Assembly (NCBI RefSeq): GCF_006345805.1
Contig: NC_043024.1
Span: 4,650,001-4,714,000, forward strand
Direction: 5' to 3'
Source of the DNA: Octopus sinensis
Lineage: Eukaryota
Length of the DNA: 64,000 nt
Shown in pieces: positions 57,154 through 64,000 of the stretch. Both the position numbers and the translations under genes were made by a program. Below the pieces are notes generated by a model. That model saw nothing but the letters and a program-made list of their open reading frames with translations. It was not told where the DNA came from and did no database searches. Each line of letters opens with the position of its first letter. Position 1 is the stretch's first letter.

Positions 57154-57526
57154 GGATCTTTTCGGTTTGAACGGCAGTTTTTTTAACATAATTTCTAGGT
57201 AACTAAAAAATTTTAAACTTCGTATACTGGTAGAATGTGTTTATAAAACATCTTTTTCTCTTGGCTTTATTGAGAAAATTCTATACTTTGTAAGATATTT
57301 GTTGTTTTTTCTGCAATTTCAACCAATCAATGACGTCCATTGAGGTAAGAAAAAAATTCCTGTGCCGTATGAATATGTCCCTCGTTTAAGAAACAGATTG
57401 GGTTTATTTACATTTGTGAAGAAAAAGATGCCCTTTCCCCCAACCCTAACCCTAAAACAGATTGAAATGCAATAGATCGATACTAGGGTCATAATTATGG
57501 GTGACAATTTTATATGACACCGCTAG
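57154..57526. mobile_element. one-ended GGATCTTTTCGG-TIR MITE directly upstream of the ZNF-G promoter motif
   Basis: Same truncation as 2402, 13456 and 62068-62449. Confidence 0.75.
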
Positions 57527-57539
57527 AGTAGAAAGACAA

Positions 57540-57556
57540 GACTTAGTTCCCCTTGT
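57540..57556 (+). promoter_or_regulatory. empty type II motif GACTTAGTTCCCCTTGT of ZNF-G
   Basis: Precedes the first exon, with donor at 57844 and acceptor at 59474. Confidence 0.6.
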
Positions 57557-59943
57557 TCAGAGTTAATTCTTCCTAATTTTGTTGCTCCGTATGCATGTGT
57601 ATTGCTTGCTCAGTTCCCCTTTACAACTGATATTTAAGAGAAAATCTAATTAAATAGACACGTGATTGGTAATTAATTGTCTAAAGAAACAGATGCAGCA
57701 TTTTTTTTATTCTGTTGACCCTTTAAATATTAATATTCGTCGTAAAAATTCTCTTGAAGCTGTTACTGTCCACTCTAACTTTTCACTCATTCAACATATT
57801 CTCATATTTTCATCGTTGACTCTCTCTGAATATATATTACTATGTAAGTATATTTCTATTGTATGTGTATCATATTACGTACGTCTGTTTGTTTCGATGT
57901 GTTGAGTAAGTTACAAGAAAGAATCTCACTAAACAAAGACGAAATAGCGGAGGTAAAGGGCATGGACCGCACCTACCTTTCGCTAATTTTTTTGCGATGG
58001 AAACCCACTTTTTCAACTTCGGAGAGGCTGTTCTTTCAATACTTTCGTTGTGTTCTCCTTTACATTCAGATATTTCATTGCATCTTTCCTTATTTCCTAT
58101 ATTATTTGTTAACGTCCGATGGATACCTTGTGTAGGTAACTTTTCTCTTTCTTCGTCACGTGTAAATTCCGCGGGAAAATTACGATGTAATTTGTAAGAC
58201 ATGCGGAATGTATAAAAATACGAGTGTGCACTTGAAATACTGAAACGAAAAGTAAATTTTGTATACAGAAGAAATGGAATGGATTTTATTTAAAACCTAG
58301 GAAGTCTTTATTTCCGAAGGTTCTTCTCCATCATTACAAATTACAATTAATATCTATTTTTCAAAGGAATCTTTCTTTAAGCACCCAATGTAACCGCTTA
58401 TCACATTTTTATTTTGGGGGAATTTTCAGAAAATTTCTGCGTATTTCTGCTGTACATGCAAGGATTCAAACGGTTATGAAACCAACAAAGAAGGGGAAAA
58501 ACCGATTGAAGAGCAGTTTAGCTGTTATTTATCGCGCACCCCACGACCACCTGATACCTTCCGAGTTTCTTTCTCACTCTTACGTGCTAATGTTTTTCAA
58601 TATCTTTTTTCACATAAAAACATTGAATGGTCCGTTGTTGAGATTTAAGGCATTATATATGAATTGCACTTTTTGTTTTTATGCTATTTTCAATTAATTG
58701 CCTAAGTTATCCTTTTCTCTCATCGTAATACATATATATTTAAATTCAAATTACGATGGACGTAAACAAACAAACGAAGTTTGCTTTAGAAGCTTTTGAG
58801 ATGTCTTAGGAAGTTTAAGAAATGATTTTAAATTCTCAAAGGCAGGATATTGCTAATGATATAGCCTGAACAGGATAAGCTACCCCTATTTTGCAGAAAA
58901 GTGTTGGCGGCCGGCTATGAGACTCGAACTCACACCTCCGTGATTACGCATCATTTGCCCCCATTGAGAAGGATTGTCACCAATTTCCTTCTCCACCTCA
59001 ACCAATAATTTTTCCTACGTCAAAAATTCCCCACAAAACATTTTGATGCTGTTAGTCATCCATACTGATTATTTGCTGACTTTTATTCATGTTTCATGTA
59101 ACACAGAATATTGACATTAAGCTGCCTGTATGTATGTATTTATATATTTATAAATGTACGGAAAGAGGCAGAGGAGGTGTGATATCTCTTTTACGACACA
59201 TGACTGAGATGAAAACATCAGATATCTAGTGTTATTGACATGTATATTGGTATGTGTCTATGACAGACTTAATGTCCAGGAGATGTTATTATACTACATG
59301 TGTCTACACCCTGATATAAACCTATTGAAAATAGAGAGATAGGATGAATTTAATAGTTCAGATAAAGAATTACTTCTACAATTTATGAAAACAGAAATGT
59401 CGTAAATTTGTACTTTTGAATATCTGCCTTTTAAACATACTTGATGTCTTATATTATTTTTTCTATTCTTTCAGGAAATCACATGAAATTGGCTAAAAAG
59501 TATTTTTTGCTTTTAAAGAATCATCAATATGTATCATGTTTGAAAGACTCTGCAAAGATATTCTACAAACGTATAATCCTGCTTCTATAAAACATTGCTG
59601 AATTACAGTAAAATATTTCCTCTGAGGGAGAAAGCATTTCTTTACTTCTGTGTCTGAAATGTGCAAGAGATAATTTTCTCTTTTAAATATACTTTGATAG
59701 ATTTCCAAACAGTATTTGCAACATTTTTAAATATTGGCATTGATCACGTTTACAAGAAATACAAGAGAAGCGATATTTGTTTGGAATAAACTATAAAAGC
59801 AAAAAGAAGAAAAATATCCATATATTTTGGTGAGAGAAGAAATATTATTAAAAAGTTGTTGATCTGTACAACTTGAAGGATCGATTTTATTTGTTCTTGA
59901 AGAAATATCGGAGGAATATGGACAATCATCATATGACTGTGGC

Positions 59944-60864
59944 ATGTACAAAATGTCATTTTTAGAAAAACGTAAATCCAGTAAACACCAAGAAATTCAT
60001 ACAAGTCAAGAACCATATCGCTGTGATATCTGTGGTAAATCATTGTCTGACAGGAATAGCTTAACCCGACACAAACGTACTCATACAGGTGAGAAACCAT
60101 ATCACTGTGATATCTGTGGTAAATCATTCTCTGTTGGCTGTAGCTTAACGAAACACAAACGTATTCATACAGGGGAGAAACCACACCACTGTGATATCTG
60201 TGGTAAATCATTCTCTGATGGAAGTAGCTTAATTAAACATAAACGTCTTCATACAGGGGAGAAACCATATTCCTGTGATATCTGTGGTAAATCATTCTCT
60301 GATGGAAGTAGCTTAATTAAACACAAACGTCTTCATACAGGGGAGAAACCATATTCCTGTGATATCTGTGGTAAATCATTCTCTGATGGAAGTAGCTTAA
60401 TTAAACACAAACGTCTTCATACAGGGGAGAAACCATATTCCTGCGATATCTGTGGTAAATCATTCTCTGTTCGCAGTAACTTAACTCGACATACACGTAT
60501 TCATACAGGTGAGGACCCATATCACTGTGATATCTGTGGTAAATCATTCTATCAAAGCGGTAACTTAACTACACACAAACGTATTCATTCAGGGGAGAAA
60601 CCATATCACTGTGATATCTGTGGTAAATCATTCTCACGTACTCATAGCTTAGATATTCACAAGCATATCCATACAGGAGATAAAAACTACCACTGTGATA
60701 TCTGTGGTAAATCATTCTCAAAGGGCAGCAGCTTAACTACACACAAATTAATTCATACAGGGGAGAAACCATATCACTGTGATATCTGTGGTAAATCATT
60801 TCCTGATGGTTGTAACTTAGCTTCTCACAAGTGTATTCATACAGGTGAGGAACCGTATCACTGA
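59944..60864 (+). CDS. C2H2 zinc-finger protein ZNF-G, 306 aa, 10 fingers
   Basis: MYKMSFLEK head. Fingers 3-5 are near-identical 84-bp repeats. Ends TGEEPYH*. Confidence 0.93.
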   Translation: MYKMSFLEKRKSSKHQEIHTSQEPYRCDICGKSLSDRNSLTRHKRTHTGEKPYHCDICGKSFSVGCSLTKHKRIHTGEKPHHCDICGKSFSDGSSLIKHKRLHTGEKPYSCDICGKSFSDGSSLIKHKRLHTGEKPYSCDICGKSFSDGSSLIKHKRLHTGEKPYSCDICGKSFSVRSNLTRHTRIHTGEDPYHCDICGKSFYQSGNLTTHKRIHSGEKPYHCDICGKSFSRTHSLDIHKHIHTGDKNYHCDICGKSFSKGSSLTTHKLIHTGEKPYHCDICGKSFPDGCNLASHKCIHTGEEPYH

Positions 60865-62067
60865 TATCTGCGGAAAATCATTCTTATAAAATCATCACTT
60901 AATTAAACACAAGTGCATTCGTTATGCAAAGGATCCATACCACAGTGACATTTGTTGTATGACATTCCGTCAGAAGGTCAAGCTTGGACCTTATAAAGAA
61001 CTCTACACATGATAGAAACTATATGAATGTAACATCGATAGTAAATCTTTGACATGAAATCATCCATAATTGAATCAAAAGAGCATTGACAGAGGAAGGA
61101 AAACATATCACTGTGATGTTAAACCTGAATCATTCTTTCAAAATGGTGAATTGTTTGTATACAGTCCTATTAATATGAAAGATATAACTGTAACCTAAGC
61201 TATTTGTGCTAAATCAATCTACGAAAATGGATCAATTATTGAAATGTAAATGCATTGATACAGAAGAGGAACCACGATGATGATGATCCTCATCATTTAA
61301 CATTCTCCTATTCATGCTTCTGTCGATCAGATGGAATTCATTGATGGAGATTTTCTACTTCTGGGTACCTTTCTCATGACCAATCCTCACCTGTTTCCAA
61401 GCAAGGAATTATTTTCCCTGGTGAGACATATTTTACACAGAGGACTGGAAGTGAACAACTGCACAAGTATGACGGTCATGATGGCCCTTTACGAACATCA
61501 CATAATATCTGGACAAGGGTCCACACTCATGTATGTTCAAAGATTTTCTTAAAGGAAATCCTTTACATTTTTTCTCTACGTGTGAATGTTTGTAATTCCT
61601 ATTAGGAAATGAAACACATGTAATGCTGAATAAATAATATCAAACTCTTCTCCATTGTCCTAATGTGTTTTTTTCTAAGGTAAAAAAAAATGGCTTCCAC
61701 CTCACCCCACCCTGTCTTTTGGACCCTTAAAAGGGTTTTGTAGCATATTATGAGGTCAGGGTAGTTGATTCCTCGCAAAAAATCTAACATTTTGATTTTT
61801 TTCTTAGTGAAAATCATGCGGGAGTTAATATAGAAATTTACCATAATGTTATTTAGCCTCAAATCAAACCTGATACAGCAAACGTATCATCAAAGACATT
61901 CCAGCCTTCAGCAAACTGTCTTTTGAGGGTTAATGTAGGACATTACGTACAATGGGCATGTGATTTAGATAGGGGGATACTTTGGCTGCCATTATTGGCA
62001 TGTCGAGCTACCAGGCAGAGGCTCTCTCATTGGTTCGATTGCGTGATGAGATTTTTTAACACATATA

Positions 62068-62449
62068 GGATCTTTTCGGTTTGAACGGCAGTTTTTTTAA
62101 CATAATTTCTAGGTAACTAAAAAATTTTAAACTTCGTATACTGGTAGAATGTGTTTATAAAACATCTTTTTCTCTTGGCTTGATTGAGAAAATTCTACAG
62201 TTTGTATGATATTTGTTGTTTTTTCTTCAATTTCTGCAATTTCAACCAATCAATGACGTCCATTGAGGTAAAAAAAAACATTCTCTGCTGTATGAATATG
62301 TCCCTCGTTTAAGAAACAGATTGGGTTTAGTTACATTTGTGAAGAAAAAGATGCCCTTTCCCCCAACCATAAACCTAAAATAGATTGAAATGCAATAGAT
62401 CGATACTAGGGTCATAATTATGGTTGACAATTTCATATGACACCGCTAG
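62068..62449. mobile_element. one-ended GGATCTTTTCGG-TIR MITE
   Basis: Same as 57154-57526. Confidence 0.75.
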
Positions 62450-62462
62450 AGTAGAAAGACAA

Positions 62463-64000
62463 GACTTAGTTCCCCTTGTTCAGAGTCAATTCTTCCTAAT
62501 TTTGTTGCTCCGTATGCATGTGTATTGCTTGATCAGTTCCACTTTACAACTGATATTGAAGAGAAAATCTAATTAAATATACACGTGATTGGTAATTAAG
62601 TGTCTAAAGAAATAGATGCAGCATTTTTTTTATTATGTTGACCTGTTAAATATTAATATTCGTCGTAAAAATTCTCTTGAAGCTGTCACTGTCCACTCTA
62701 ACTTTTCACTCATTCAACATATTCTCATATTTTCATCGTTGACTCTCTCTGAATATATATTACTATGTAAGTATATTTCTATTGTATATGTATCATATTA
62801 CGTACGTCTGTTTGTTTCGATGTGTTGAGTAAGTTACAAGAAAGAATCTCACTAAACAAAGACGAAATAGCGGAGGTAAAGGGCATGGACCGCACCTACC
62901 TTTCCCTAATTTTTTTGCGATGGAAACCCACTTTTTCAACTTCGGTGAGGCTGTTCTTTCAATACTTTCGTTGTGTTCTCCTTTACATTCAGATATTTCA
63001 TTGCATCTTTCCTTATTTCCTATATTATTTGTTAACGTCAGATGGATACCTTGTGTAGATAACTTTTCTCCTTCTTCCTCACATGTAAATTCCGCGGGAA
63101 AATTACGATGTAATTTCTAAGACATGTGGAATGTATAAAAATACGAGTGTGCACTTGAAATACTGAAACGAAAAGTAAATATTGTATACAGAAGAAATGG
63201 AACGGATTTTATTTAAAACCTAGGAAGTCTTTATTTCCGGAGGTTCTTCTCCATCATTACAACTTACAATTTATATCTATTTTTCAAAGGAATCTTTCTT
63301 TAAGCACCCAATGTAACCGATTATCACATTTTTATTTTGGGGGAATTTTCAGAAAATTTCTGCGTATTTCTGCTGTACATGCAAGGATTGAAACGTTTAT
63401 GAAACCAACTAAGAAGGGAAAAAACCGATTGAAGAGCAATTTAGCTGTTATTTATCGCGCACCCCACGACCACCTGATACCTTCGGAGTTTCTTTCTCAC
63501 TCTTACGTGCTAATGTTTTTCGATATCTTTTTTCACATAAACACATTCCATGGTCCGTTGTTCGGATTTAAGGCATTATATATGAATTGCACTCTGTATT
63601 TTTTATGCTATTTTCAATTAATTACCTAAGTTATCCTTTTCTCTCTTCGTAATAAATATATATTTAAATTCAAATTACGATGAACGTAAACAAACAAACG
63701 AAGTTTGCTTTAGAAGCTTTGAGATGTCTTAGGAAGTTAAAGAAGTGATTTTAAATTCTCAAAGGCAGGATATTGCTAATAATATAGCCTGAACAGGATA
63801 AGCTACCGGCTAAGTGTTGGCGACCGGCTATGCGATTCGAACTCACACCTCCGTGATTACGCGTCGCAGTATTTTTCACTCACCACAATAAACAATATTT
63901 CGTTACGAAGTAAGAAGGAAGGGAAACATTAATTGTAACGTGTAAGAGTTTAAAAGTAAAGAAGAAAACGAGAATAATTTAATGTTAAAACTACATCATT
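62463..64000 (+). other. motif (62463-62479), first exon and start of the type II intron (donor 62767) of the next ZNF gene (H), coding exon beyond the window
   Basis: Direct repeat of 57540-59000, offset by 4923 bp. Contains a tRNA-like remnant at ~63815-63890(-). Confidence 0.72.

Overview
AT-rich animal DNA, not prokaryotic. The C2H2 finger style (CDICGKSF...[11 protein letters not shown]) and the repeat landscape fit an octopod cephalopod; this species call is an inference. The window is a cluster of single-coding-exon multi-finger C2H2 zinc-finger genes. Five ORFs are intact: A 4157-5974(-), B 22542-23066(+), D 35057-36046(+), E 42011-43123(-) and G 59944-60864(+). Two are disrupted, C 29457-30741(-) and F 55376-55950(+). 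There is also a two-finger remnant near 15.0-15.2 kb and the 5' non-coding parts of two more genes at the window ends. The genes share a predicted architecture: a motif GA(G/C)TTAGTTCCCCTTGT, a non-coding first exon, a GTAAGT donor, an intron of type I or II, a TTCTTTCAG acceptor and the finger exon; D lacks the motif and first exon, and C and F lack the motif core. The region 18.9-48.1 kb is a large inverted duplication, and 53-64 kb is a tandem array with a period of about 4.5-4.9 kb. Mobile elements include two Tx1/L1-clade LINEs, RTE LINE pieces, MITEs, a Helitron helicase remnant, Tc1/mariner fossils and tRNA-derived sequence. The main finding is that both Tx1-like LINEs sit exactly in the putative ZNF promoter motif, in the same orientation as the gene, with the motif duplicated on both sides. 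Their 5' ends come from two synonymously diverged lineages with different promoter-type flanks. This suggests a sequence-specific retrotransposon that targets ZNF promoters, regenerates them through its target-site duplication, and mediates recombination within the cluster. Counts are by hand and gene models are predicted from sequence only.
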